The notes below the pieces were generated by a model, which saw only the letters and a list, made by a program, of their open reading frames with translations, was not told the DNA's origin and did no database searches. This document shows positions 1 through 13,253 of a DNA stretch of 64,000 bases, one piece after another. Numbering within the stretch: position 1 is the first letter of the stretch; each line of letters begins with the position of its first letter. Source of the DNA: Oopsacas minuta (lineage: Eukaryota; Animalia; Porifera); the NCBI GenBank assembly GCA_024704765.1, contig JAKMXF010000306.1:360620-424619 (forward strand), in the 5' to 3' direction. A program made the translations under genes and the position numbers.

Positions 1-1573
1 TGTAGGTTTCTAAAAATAACTGAAACTTAGGAAATAATTAAGTGATCAACTCTCTCTAAGTTTTGTTAGAAAGTTGAAATATGGTTCTATATAATTGCAC
101 TGAGAAATACTAGCTTAGAACTGCTATTTCATTAAAAATATACAGTGATTAGTATATATTGAATGCCCCTGTATAACGTACAAATTTTGTGGTAAGGCTT
201 TATGTGTAGTAGGCTATGATCTGCACTAATGACAACATATCTACTATTTGGACAAATGCTAAATCTGGAAATTTATACTAATTCGGGGATGGGGTGAAAC
301 ATTGATTTCATGAAAATTGACTTAGTAAAAGCCAAGTATATACCATATAGGATGCTATTGATGTAATGCCATTCAAAGTCTGAATATATTCAAAAATATA
401 CATTGAGTTTACATAAACAATAATAAAAAACTTAGTGTAAATTGTCGGAAAAGCTTCTTTCAATTTGAGTTATTGTCTCATAATATCACAAAAATTACAA
501 ATTTTGAATTTCAGATACTTTAATCAGTAGAATGATTACTACAATATACCATGAAGTGATTAACTGCTAGAATGAGATATGAATTGATGGTTGAAATTAT
601 TGAAAATACCGCAAGATCATAAAGTTCGAGACCCATGACAAGATTATCGAGAGCATATACTGCATATACTTTTCATGAAAATAAAACGTTTCAGTTTGTT
701 AAAGGTTATGGTCCGGATTCCGCATTAGTTAATAGTGTATAAATTTTAATTAATGCAAACTTATTACCAACAACTATAAGAAAAAATATTTGGACAAATG
801 CCAATTTTGGGATTAGGACAAATGATACACAAAGAATATTTGGATTAACGACAATTTTTGGACAATATACATGGATCAATAATTAAGGTTCTGCATGGTT
901 TCAAATATATGGTGCATTGTTTATACGTTTTGCTACTTAAGCGAACAGATAACGTTACTCTGAGAATTTTCATAAATATGGTTTTTGTACATTGTTACAC
1001 AATTGCAATACATTTATTCGAGTGAATATCTACAAGTTCCATACTATCGGCGATAATAGAATTGCCTTTCAAAATCCTTCAGTCCCTTGTCCAGTGAAAA
1101 TTGATTCAGGAATCAGGCCTTATCTGTAGTAGGCTAAAGGTCATTCTCAACATCGCGCAATATCTTCCGAGATATCATACCAAATTGTAGTAAGAGGCTA
1201 CGGTAAGTCCGGTATATACTACAAATTGACTATCCTGATTCAATAATCTATGAAAGTATAGGGACATCCGAGTAATTATTGGAGATTATCGATATAAGCA
1301 TATTCTTATAAATTTGAAGGAACTTCGGTCTTGCTATCAAAATGATAAATGATTAGAGGAAACAAAACACGCATTTCTTAAAATAAAGTAAATACTAGTA
1401 TAAATGAATCGCGAAACACTGATATGGGACCCACATATATATGTTATATTTGTAAAATGCAAAAATATTGGGAAAGTGTTGTATAATTATAGTATCATGC
1501 ATTCTTTAACCAACAATATTGTGGAACTATTCGCAAAAATATATATAAAAACAAATGATGTCAAGTTCAAGCA

Positions 1574-2377
1574 CTAAAGTTTTGAACTTAGTGATTCAAC
1601 ATACAATTCGGAATGAGGTACTGAGGCATATTCTGGATTTTCTATAAATATCTCATATAATTGACCAAAAGATGGTCTAAACTTGGGATCATAGTTCCAA
1701 CATTGATTCATCAAGTTATAAGTTGAATCTGAACATTGCTTTGGTATGGGTAAACGTTTACCTTCTTCAAGAAGCTTCAATACCTCTTGTCCACTAAGCT
1801 CACCATATGGTTGTGCGCCAAAGGAAAACATTTCCCATAGTGTTATTCCGTAGCTCCAGACATCACTAGAATGTGAGAATGTACCATAATATACAGACTC
1901 TGGAGCATACCATTTGACGGGCCATCTACCGCCTTTGGAAGCTTTATAATAATTACTATCAGAACCAACTGCTCGAGATAATCCAAAGTCGCTGATTTTC
2001 ACCACATGTGGTGAAGCAACTAATATATTCCTGGCTGCCAAATCCCTATGAACGAATCTTTTAGATTCTAGAAAACACATACCACATGCAATCTCTCCGG
2101 CCCATAATTTAAACGTATCAAGTGACAGCTTATCTTTATAAATCGGAAGTTGAATATAGTTTAACAAAGAACCATGGGTTACTAGTTCCTGCACAAGCAT
2201 AATTGGTTCCTCCAAGCAAACACCTAGTAGTTTGACGATAAAGTTATGACTTAGATCATACATAACCCTTGCTTCTTGAAGAAATGCTTCTGAACCACTA
2301 TTAATGCACTCTTGTCGCAAAGTTTTTACTGCCACCTGCAAGATAGATCCTTCATTAGTGAACTTCCCCGAATACAC
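1574..2377 (-). CDS. shark: Terminal exon of a Shark/HTK16-type tyrosine kinase (kinase subdomains I-end to XI, stop)
   Basis: Motifs VAVK, HRDLAARN, DFG, activation-loop NYYKA, GRWPVKWYAPES and SDVWSYG; WPVKWYAPE is typical of Syk/ZAP70/Shark kinases. The first codon GTG (Val) is directly preceded by the acceptor tttttactgcactttag (AG at 2379-2378), so this is an exon and not a GTG-started gene. Confidence 0.9.
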   Translation of the reverse strand: MYSGKFTNEGSILQVAVKTLRQECINSGSEAFLQEARVMYDLSHNFIVKLLGVCLEEPIMLVQELVTHGSLLNYIQLPIYKDKLSLDTFKLWAGEIACGMCFLESKRFVHRDLAARNILVASPHVVKISDFGLSRAVGSDSNYYKASKGGRWPVKWYAPESVYYGTFSHSSDVWSYGITLWEMFSFGAQPYGELSGQEVLKLLEEGKRLPIPKQCSDSTYNLMNQCWNYDPKFRPSFGQLYEIFIENPEYASVPHSELYVESLSSKL

Positions 2378-3939
2378 CTAAAGTGCAGTAAAAATAAATA
2401 TGAAAATATAATTTCATAAATCAAACTGCTGGTGACAATATAAGTAAATTCGCAAAATATACAAACATATCAATTCTATCAAGAAGTACCATTACATAGT
2501 GCTTATGGCGAAAGTTCTCTAGATCAATGAATTCAATTTGGATGATCCAGACAATGCTAGATACATGTCTTTGGGAATACTTCAGCATAAGATAAAGACT
2601 ATTGTCCTCAAGCATTGTTAAAGCACTCAGGTATCATAATGCGATGGAATTTCGGAACAAATTCGAGACAGAATAATGGAAGTGATCATATAATCTCTGA
2701 ATATATATGGCCTACAAGGAACGGGTGTGCAGAAATGTTCCATAAATAACTGTTTAATGCTAATAATTGCAACTTAAAAATTGTAGCATCAGGCGACTAG
2801 TTAGCATATGGCACAGGGAGCACCTGTACTCCTTCTGGGGTCTCCTTGTAGAAAGAACTTGATTAAATTGAGAAAAAATACCCCTAATTGGCTCATCGCA
2901 CCAGATCAATTACGCAAGCAATATTTGGTACTCCATTATTCGTAATTTAGTAATTGAAAAGTCTGTGTATTTAGTAATTGAAAATGTAGTATGGTAGATA
3001 TGAAACCTCCGGATTCGGTAATTCCCCATGTTCGAAATTGATATTTACCCAAATAGCGCGGACCATGGATATTCAAAATGTTTCATTTTACAGTCCAATT
3101 AGCTATAATATCGTGAATTGTGGACCTCTCAAAAAACTTGGGATTGCATTGAAATTTTAGTCGAAGTAATGTTGCATGTAAAGAACAGTGGCACCGCTAT
3201 TGGTGAGCACAAGTTATTAAACGGTGGCATACTTACATTTATTTAGTGGCGCACACTCGATAATAGATGGGGCACGGGCTACGGATTTAACATGTCAGTG
3301 TTAATCCAAACTATATTTATTGACTTTCTGAGGTAACAATGCAGCTGCTATGCAGCTTTTGGTTATAAATCTCTGGCATTTCGTGCTCCTAGTAATAAAA
3401 AATTCTGAAAATTTTGTAAAAAGAAATTACGTATATATTCATAGAGTAATGGTGACGGAATAATACCAAGATAAGATGCATTACTTAAAAATCATGATGT
3501 AAGTACATTAAATATATTGAGTGCTAACTGTCATAATCCTCAAAAATTCTGTCAGACTTAATGCTGAGAATTGACTAATACTCGTAATGTGATATTTGGA
3601 TATCATCAAAGGGAGATTTACATCATAGACGTGAATCTTTGTCCCAGGTTCAAACTTGTCCAGAACACGCACAAAACCGCATGACGAAGGAGCACCGGGA
3701 CGAACAGTTTTGCAGTCAATGTATATACTAAGGAAATGGTAGGACATGGAAATTTTGGACACAGAACCATACGTGTAGACAGACCAACGCCCACCACGCA
3801 ATGACGTGGGTGGATTTACAGGCGTTACAGCCAGTACACAAAGAAAAATTATTGAATTAAGTGATCCTTAAATATCTTCTGATTGTGTAGAACTTTCGTG
3901 AAAACAATTTGCATGTAAGGTAAGGATACTAAGAGGTTT

Positions 3940-4660
3940 TACATTAACTTTTGAAAATTCAGATTTTTGAAACATATTGTTGTCTGCCGGATAGATCGAA
4001 ACCATGAGAGCGATGAATCAAATCCCAAAACGTGGTTGAAGACGATGAAGCAGGATGGTATGTTAGACGGTGCTGAGCTGAGATCAAGAAGAACGAGAAG
4101 AGTTACGTGTTGAAGGTTCATATTCATGAGGATGCGATCTTTGACCCATATAAGCGGATTTCCCGTACTGTGATGTATCCTGTAGGGAGGCTGCATACTG
4201 GGAAAGAGATTGTGTGCTGTTACATAGTTGATAATTTGTGTGGAAACAGCCTTCTTATTGAGATGGAGAGGGAAGAGAGGTTACTGAGATAATGGAAGTT
4301 AGCGAAGACAGGATCAAGAATGTGTTTCTTCAGTTTGGGAAAGATTATGGCGCGTTTCCAGGCAGATAGGAGAATACTAGTAGACAGTGAAGTTTGGACG
4401 AGTTTTCTAAGACTGGATGAATTTACAGAGAAGGTGGTGAGACACGATTTCAGGACCGATGGTGGTGATGGAAGTTACTCCAGCTCTTCTCAAGAGCTAA
4501 GACTCCGCTTGAACTGAACAACTATATCTCACTTCCTAATCATTCCTGCCAATCAGAACTATCTGACGAACTTGTAAACTTCTTCATCCAAAAAGTCAAC
4601 ACCATTTAGACCAGCATCAATTCGTCCATCTCCTCAGGCGTTTGTCGTCAACTTTCTGCG
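3940..4660 (-). mobile_element. Degenerate CR1/L2-clade LINE reverse transcriptase fragment
   Basis: Minus-strand peptides WKRAIIFPKLKK, QIINYVTAHNLFPSMQPPYRIHHST and ILMNMNLQHVTLLVLLDLS match the RT motifs QSAYRxxHSTE...LVLLDLSAAFD; broken by stops and frameshifts. Confidence 0.75.
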
Positions 4661-6776
4661 ATGGACTGAATTTATTCAATAAATACCTCCCATTTAATAT
4701 CACATTTAAGGAAAAGAGCAACGGAACGCCGTAACTTCGATTCCGCTTGAATCAGCCAGAGCAAAAAAGAATATCAGTAGTTTCTATGGGAAGTGTATGA
4801 ATATATGGAATGTCGATGAACAGACCGTCAAAAATATATAAATACTCATTTAAATAAATATTCTAATCCAGCCTAAAGGGCTGCATAAAGAATACGATTG
4901 GAGTGACCAATTAAACCGCATCCAAAGACCATGTCCTTACACCAGTGTATACAGCATACCATACTACACCGCCCTGTTAGTGCAAACGTGTGCACATTAG
5001 CTTTTGGCCTTCAAATATTATCATATAATAGTATTGCACAATTAGTCCAAAAAATATATTCTTCCTAGCCAAACAAATATTTGATTGTATCCCTTATGTG
5101 GTGTATATCACTGCAAACAAAGGTATAGGTAGAATATTTGGCAAAAAATTTGAAAAGTGACCCACTGAGATCCAATCTAAACCTGAATTCTGAAGTTTTC
5201 CTGATAATCTGTAATTATTAAGTTTTCAATGTATGTATGGTTAGCTGAATTTGAATCAGTTTCAATATGTGTAGAATTCAACAACAAAGATATAATACGT
5301 GAACTAAAACGACAGTATCAATTTTTATATTCGTTTTAATTATTTTATTGTAAGTATATACAATTATACATATATTTCACTGAATAGTACTACTATCCAT
5401 AATGTCATTACTTAGCGTAACCTAACAGCTTCAATTTAGTATCTTGATAAGGTAAGTTTGAATACACTTCAGAGATATTCTAAAGAATATATGAATTCAT
5501 GTCGCCATTGATCCTGTACCCTTATCAAATCAATTACAATTATGAAGTATTTTGGAAATGTACATTTGGAAACCCTTTATGAATGGGCATTAATTCGTTG
5601 GAACAATATTGGTATAATAATGGAGCGCCAATTTAATATCACTAATCATGTCTGAAACATACCTCGTGTGGACCAGGGTATCATTCAGGTTCTCAGAATC
5701 ATAGGCCTAAAAATGGAATCTAATTCATTTCATACGCCTAGACTATACATTTTGCATTATGATCTTGGAGTTTCTGCCCCAAGAGAGGGATTTTCATATG
5801 CCTAGAGATATATTTTCCAAATTCATGCGCCTATAAGCGCGTAATAAACACCTGGATACACCCTCGTGTGGACTCTATCCCAGGTCACATAAATATATTC
5901 AGATAGAAATTTATGGTTCCAATATAGTTATGTTGCCATTATAATGAAAATGCATTGTTTTGCCACTTTCTCGTGGAGCTAAGATATAAAATCTCTGTAT
6001 CCTAAATACAATTGTATAAACAAATCATTGAGAGGAGAATCATCGATTACCATGCTAATATAGATACCAAAACCCTACTGGCAAATTATCACCTCCAGAA
6101 AATTGGAAGCTATATTTTGACAGCAACAAGAAAATGTGGAAATGTGTCAAAACCACCAACATATGACTTCTTAACTAACAATAATACAAATTCATAGTCC
6201 AGCTTTACGAGATTAGGAGATACCAAGAATACACGTACCCGGGTTCCAGGACACAAGTTGGCAGCCTACAGTCCTATATTATAGTAGTCTATGATTTATT
6301 GGCTTGAGTTGTTAAAATTTCTATGCTTAAAAGACTAGTGTATATAAGAAACCATGGTAATTAATATGAGTGAAGTATTGAGATGATATCACTAAACTTG
6401 AAAATAAACACCACAAAAATTGAAATTCACTGAAATTGTTACAGTGGAGTAACATATACATTTAATTATTGAATGTACATAATAGCATTGCATGAGATGA
6501 AAGTAATTATTTATAGTATTCATAGTATTTATCAGTGCCTTTTCATAATTTTCAAATTATTGAAGCTAATATAGAATTTAAGCGTAACGAGGAAACTAAA
6601 AATCATATATTATTATGATACGGTGTAGTTGATATGACTATAAACAATTGCGTAGTTAATTATCTAAGAAACATCCTTTAGATAGCAATATTTTAATATT
6701 TATGCAACCCAGGTACGTTACTTAATGTTAGTAAATAAGTTCGAACTTAAGGGTGAAATTATATCCTAGTGAGTTA

Positions 6777-6923
6777 AAAACTTTAAGAATTTCATATATA
6801 CCTGGAGGAAGAAGTGGCGAGTTCAAAATACACATAACACATTAACAATGTAGCACTAATGCATTATGTGTATTTAAACTCGCCACTTCTTCTTTCGAGT
6901 ATTTATGAAATTCTTAAAGTTTT
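6777..6923. repeat. 147-bp fold-back (about 60-bp imperfect inverted arms, about 25-nt loop), MITE-like
   Basis: Left arm aaaactttaagaatttcatatatacctggaggaagaagtggcgagttcaaaatacacataa versus reverse complement of right arm aaaactttaagaatttcataaatactcgaaagaagaagtggcgagtttaaatacacataa. Confidence 0.8.
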
Positions 6924-8014
6924 CAATCTAGCCACAATAATTACATTGTTGAATTTTGTCTTAGAATATATTGTGCCAAGAGTCCAACTATTTTCTAAGA
7001 CAAAATTGGAAATATAATAATGCATAAAATCATTTGCGAGCACCTACGTGTAGCTTGGGTTCAGAAAATAAATGAGTTAGAGAAAATTCAACGAGGAATG
7101 GGAGACAATAGACAATTTTACAACACTAATCTGTCGACAAAGAGCAATGAACAATTCTATTAAGGGCTAATTTATGTCCCTAAATTTGATTTAAAATTGA
7201 AACAAAGTTGGATAACGAGTTTTTAGGTCGCTCACAAAACCCGAAACTAAACTATTCAGTGATAGGAATTTAGTCTTATCTGGAAGAATGGCCAAGAGGT
7301 CGCGCCCACGTGTACTAATACTCGAGTATATTCATGTGTTTCACGATTCCCGCTGCCCTAAATGTATACCTTTTGGTTCGCTGATTGTGCATGTTGATGC
7401 AGAAATGAGAAATCTCACGAATTGGCGAAACATTAGGTTGCCCTTCGGAGACCATTGCCAGACAAGCATGTGATAAAAATAATTGAGTAGATTATGGATA
7501 TATATGCTATACTGGTATTTACTTAGATGAGGGATGTGCTGTGAGCAAATACAACTGTAGAAGGAACTCTAAATGTCAACATAAAAAGAAATGTCTGAAA
7601 TTGTATTTATGGCGCTGACAGTCAAAATTACACAAAGATAACTACGTTATTGAACGAGACAGTAACGCAAAAGATATAATTTCAAATCAATATAGTGGGG
7701 GATAATTCAGAAAGAAACTATATTCCTCAATTTTGCAAAGTAGATTTTTCCAAATTGCAAGTTTCAGCGTCATGAACTTGAATCTAAAGTCAATTATATG
7801 TCAGCACCTTAGGGTATCAAAGTTGTGTTGCCAGTGAAAGAAATGGGACAGAAAATATATAAGCTAACAAATGAATCATAAAAAAAAACTTCGTAAATAT
7901 GGAGGACATATAGCTAGCAACATTGATATCATCAGCAGAAGTAGGAAATGAGAGAATCTTTATTGAACTAGAAGCTTAAATAATGTCAAGATTGGCCAGT
8001 CAACAAAAGAAGTA

Positions 8015-9354
8015 CAGAGTGACTTTTTGAAATGTAACTTTTAAACTTTTCTGAACGTGAATTATTTCACAAATTTGAAGCTTTCAACTACTCTATCCTT
8101 CCTAATATATGTAAATTTAATAATAAACCTGAACCATAAATAACTAATCAAGTTGATGTTCAAAGTGACCACCTCCATACTTCACACAAGTTACCGCTCT
8201 TTTCATAAAATTTCCACAACTTTATGCAACATATTTGAGTCCATATTATTCGCTGTATCTTCAATTACTTGTCTTAATTCGGTTATGCCTTTGGGTTGCT
8301 TTTTAAACACCCTTTTGTTTGCATAGCCCCAGAAAAAGTAGTCGAGAGGGTTTAGATTAGGTGAATATGGTGGCCAAATTTCATCGGTTAAATTGATAGA
8401 ATTCTTCCATGGAATTTTTCTCGCAGAAAATCCAAAACTGTTTTGTATGTATGTGGTCTAGCACCATCTTGTTGAAACCACAATCTCTTACGTGTCGAAA
8501 TATACCGAATTTGAGGCCAAGGCACTTTCTTGAGCATTTTAAGGTAATACTCGTCATTCACAGAAACACTTTTCCCTTTGCATCAATAAACCAATAGATT
8601 TTGAGTTTTTCCATCCACAAAGCCTGCCCAACACATAATTCCCCATGAAGCCTCTTAGAGGCCACAGAAATATTGGGATTGATGGGAGCCCAAATCCTGT
8701 CGTTTTGTTGCTTAGGAGATTGCTGGAGTACGAACCATTTCTCGTCACTGAATACTACTTTTGGAAAATTCTGGAGCTTGTTGGATCACTCACGAACAAA
8801 ATTCCTTTCTTTTCAGCATGCTCTGTTCAGTTATATGGTGAACTCTTTGAACACGGTAAGGCCTCCATTTTAATGTTCTTTTAAGAATATTGTGAACTTT
8901 GGAATAGCTGAACTCTAATTTCCGGCTCGCATTTCGAATTGATCCTTGGTTTCTTCAAAGTGAATTCTGACCTGATTGACATGTTCAGGAGGAAGAATCT
9001 TACCACCTTTTTTTCTTAGGTGACTTGAGAATTTTGTATACATTCTAGTGAAATGAGTGAGTCTGTACTTTAGGCGATTTCGTCCTTCGATATCAAAACG
9101 TTGACAAAATTTCCTTTTACTACAGTTGGAGAAGGATTTTGTCCGAATTCTAAAATGATAAACTTTTTGTTCTTGCTTTGTAAAGGTTGAGTTAATTTGT
9201 CTTTTGCTCATCTGGATCGTAATGAAATCAAAATCTATTTTATTAGATAATGTACATGAAAAAGGATCATTCTCTCAAAAGGAAACAATAGAATTACAAA
9301 AAATCCAGATATAATACAAAAATTGTAAAGTTACACTTTCAGAAGATCACCCTG
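8015..9354 (-). mobile_element. Tc1/mariner-superfamily element, DD41D (rosa-like), pseudogenised
   Basis: TA-flanked imperfect TIRs CAG(A/G)GTGA..TT.TGAAA.TGTAACTTT. Transposase remnants WFQQDGARPHT...WPPYSPNLNPLDYFFWG...GGHFEH; about 41 residues between the 2nd and 3rd Asp after correcting one frameshift. Confidence 0.82.
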
Positions 9355-11518
9355 TATATTGGTCTGAGGGATGCATAAAGTGGGGTACCTTGTAGAATGC
9401 ACCCCAAGGCAGCGCGCTGGACAGTCTCTATCGTGACGAACAATAGATCTATATAAAGAATTTGTAGAACTTCAAAACCACAATGTGAATAGGCAATTTC
9501 AGACACGATACAACAATATCAATTTACATATCATTCACGATTTCTAAGTTAATTTTGTTGCCAAAATATATATGAAACAAATACATATAGATTCATGAAG
9601 GCGTAGATGAGTAAGTATATTATACAATTTGAGTAATGACTACGGTAGTTTGGTTGGTATTTGAAACACTATATCTGTGAGACGACGATCATTCAATATA
9701 ATGAATAGAGTAATCAAAATCTTCATGTAAATATACTATTATACCAGCTGAGAAAATTCACGTAATTCAGAACCATTATTAATGCGCAATAAATCGTTCA
9801 GAAAGAATAAAGTAATGGTGTTATGGTCATTCTCTACAATTTTAAGGATCAAAGCTGACATGTATATAGTGTTCCCAAATTGAATGTATTTAATAAACAC
9901 TAATTAACGCCAACGGAAGGGCAGAAAACAAGTAATCAGGAAACAATTATCCTCTAATTCAAGTTCGATTAAATCCCGAATAGCTGAGCTAGAAAAACCT
10001 CTCTGTGAAGATCTTAACGGTAATTACATCACAAATTTCCTTTATTGTGTTTGGGGCTATCCTAATATATATATATCCATTTAAATCAACTTAACTGATG
10101 ATACCGAAATCTTTATCGAAGTCAATTGAATAGAAAATCTGCTCAGTTATGAGACAAATAATGTGGGAAATATTATTTCCATTTGAGACACAATCTATAC
10201 TTCAGTACTTCTGCTATGTCAAAATGTTTGAAAATACAGTTAGAATTCCATAAGAGAGTTCACGCGTAGTTTCTCGAATGTAAATAACTCCACACTTAAA
10301 TAAACTGCCCAAGATCGTCGGATGATCTAATGAAATTGATGTATAAAAATTAGTTGTAAATAAGGAATGACAACTTCTCCAAACCCAAGGATCAACCCAG
10401 GTTTCATAAATAAGTTTAACAAAAAAGATTCAATAAAATGATTCTTGAGATGTATATTCTAAGAAGATCGATCCTCCGAAAAATACATAAGTAACATTGT
10501 AGTTGACTCAAGAAATTTAGTTAGAAATAGTAGTTAAATCGGCCAAGACAAAAGCAAATATGCAAAAGGACTATATGTTTGAAAAGTTAAAAGTGAATCA
10601 CAAAGTACCCCAACAGCAAATTAATGATAAACATATAGCTCAATTCTTACACCATAATAATACAAAATTCCCAAGATATATGTTATTTGGGAGATTTCTG
10701 AATGGTTTCTCAAAGATTGATGAATTGGATTTCGTAAAGAACCTTACTGCATTACCAATTATGGATGGGAAAGTACATAGGCATTTTTTAAATTAACTAT
10801 CTCGACATTTATTCACATAGTTCACAAAATGTATTGTCTCAACATTACCAAATGACAATGAAGTCAAAATTATTGCTGATTGGATAAAGGGATACGAAGT
10901 GTGGCAGAATGGCAATTATGGGGTAATAGGTACTCACACTAAAGATATATTTTAAAATATTGTCATATATAGTAAATCGATTCTGTAGATTTTAGAAATG
11001 GCGTCAGACTTTAGTTGCGCGCTTCTGGAAATGGGGCTATGACGTAATCTGTGGTATTTTGATGTAATTATGATTTTTGTTGAAGAATAATTGAGTTCTA
11101 AATTTTGTGAGTATTATATATCAGCCAGCCCAAATTATTGATAAACTTGAAAAACAATGCGTATGCTGAATTCTATTCTGCATTGGATACTTCACAAAAT
11201 GATAGGAATGAATTAGAAATACAGTAATTATATAATGTTATTTCGTAAATTAATATTGTTTTAAAACATATTTCACCCGAATTGATGTGTCTCATACACT
11301 CAATATTAAAAAGTAAGTGGAAGCATTTGGGCAAGTCTAGAAATTATTGAGAATGAAAATTAGAGAGATAAGCTATGCGAAATTGTCGACTATTCAACTC
11401 GCAATTATTTGCATCGTGAGATAGAGGTCTAGAAGGTATGTCAAAGAGCTGAAATATGAATGAAAATAGACTGCAGAAAATGCTTGAGAATAAAAAATAA
11501 ATATTGAATATATATATA

Positions 11519-12846
11519 TAAGGGCGTTTAATAAGTCTTGCGGGTCATGATATATCTTAGGAATTAGTCAAGTAATATATCTAACTTTCATATATTATAA
11601 GCCCATATAGTTAAACTCCATATACGTACTGAAAGTTTCAAGCTTATTCAATACAAATTACGAATTTTTGAGTTAGTACGTATAGTGAATTTATACCCAC
11701 TGTTGAATTTATGGCTTCAAAGGATGATAATTTCAACCTCAAATGGCGAGCTTACATAGAATTTCGCACAATACTCAAGATCCAGCCCGTACAGATCTTC
11801 AGCGAGTTACAGGAGATATTGTGCGTCCAGATCTACTGTAGAGCGATGGGCTGCCAGTTTTAGATCTGGTGATGCTGATGTCACAGATTTGCCTCGATCT
11901 GGAAGACCGGTATCCGCCACCACTTCAGAGAATATCGCACTCATTGAAAGTATGGCCATGAAAGGCAAGTGCATTACTGTCAATCAGTTAGAACAAAGTA
12001 TGGAGATTTCATCTGGAGCCATTTATGCAATTCTGACGACTGAGCTTGGCTACCGATCGATTTATAGGAAATGGGTCCCGCAAAAGCTCAGTGAGAATCA
12101 AAGGTTGGCACGACTGAATACTGCCAAGAAACTCTTGGAAACTTATGAGAACTGCGATTCTAGACGCCTAACAAAGATTATTAGTGGTGAGGGGACGTGG
12201 GTGTACTATTCAACACCATATAGCAAGTATAAGAAGCGATCATGGGTGAGGGGCGACGAACAACAGGCGAAAATTCTTAGGCCCGACTTCAGAAAACCTA
12301 AGATTTTGTATACCATCTTCTTCAGTAGTCATGGAATTGTCTTGCAATTACCTTGTGAGAGTGGCATGGCTGTTACTGCTTCTTTCTTTACAGAGCAAGT
12401 GCTTCCAAATTTGATAAAAAATATAGAAAAGTACCGCCCGAAAACCGGAACTCGAGGAATGTAGATATTAATTGATAACGCCAGTTCCCATACAGCTAAG
12501 CTTACCAAAAGTTTCTTGGATGTAGAAGGGTTAGAATTACTTCCCCATCCACCATACTCTCCAGATCCTTGCTCTGTGTGATTTTTGGCTATTCCCCAAG
12601 CTTAAAATCTACATTCAGGACAAAGATTTTAACACATTACAAGCATTCGGAACGGGCCTGTACCAGTACTTCAAATCCATCCCCGAAGAAGAGTACATAA
12701 ATGTGTTTTACAAGTGGGTGGAAAGGTTAAAACTCTGTGTATCTGCAGGAAGGGATTACTTTGAATTAACAATATAGTGAATTACTGTGTATAATGTTTG
12801 TATCATAGTCTATGATATCACCCGTAAGACTTATTGAACGCCCTAG
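11519..12846 (+). mobile_element. Mariner (DD34D) element, defective; copy A
   Basis: TIR (ctag)ggcgtt(c/t)aataagtctt(g/a)cgggt at both ends, right end followed by TA. Transposase pieces PRSGRP, KWVPQKL, GEGTWVY, DNASSH and HPPYSPD, with frameshifts and a TAG stop. Confidence 0.92.
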
Positions 12847-13253
12847 TATCTATTTCGTTTGTTGTTCTATGATTATTTGTTATGATTATGCCTAATAATG
12901 TTGGCCCAGGTTTAGGGTACTCTACATATACTGTTTTGATATTTCCATCATTTATTTACATCATATTAATTAAAACAACAGAATTTGTAATGAAATATAT
13001 ATGGGGTAATTTCAGATAATGAGAAAGTACTTCTTAAACATGTTCTACTGAAATAATCAATCAAAAGTTCAAATTTGAAAGTAGGTAAACTATAAAACAA
13101 GAATTACAAGCAAAGATCTTAGCAAGATATATTTGGGGGAGTTGAAAGTCGTATCCCTAAATTTTCTTTCATTACAGTTTAGCCTATCTACATGTTTAGT
13201 GCTATGAAGATACTAATTAAGGAAGAACAACAATAGAAATATTAAGAATTATA

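Noticed and set aside
1574-2377. Stand-alone 267-aa kinase starting at GTG
   Set aside because: It lacks the GxGxxG loop, which is in the exon at 35935-36735, and the GTG directly follows a canonical splice acceptor.
7150-7480. Gypsy integrase zinc-finger fragment
   Set aside because: Only a vague W...C pattern; no LTRs, RT or integrase core nearby.
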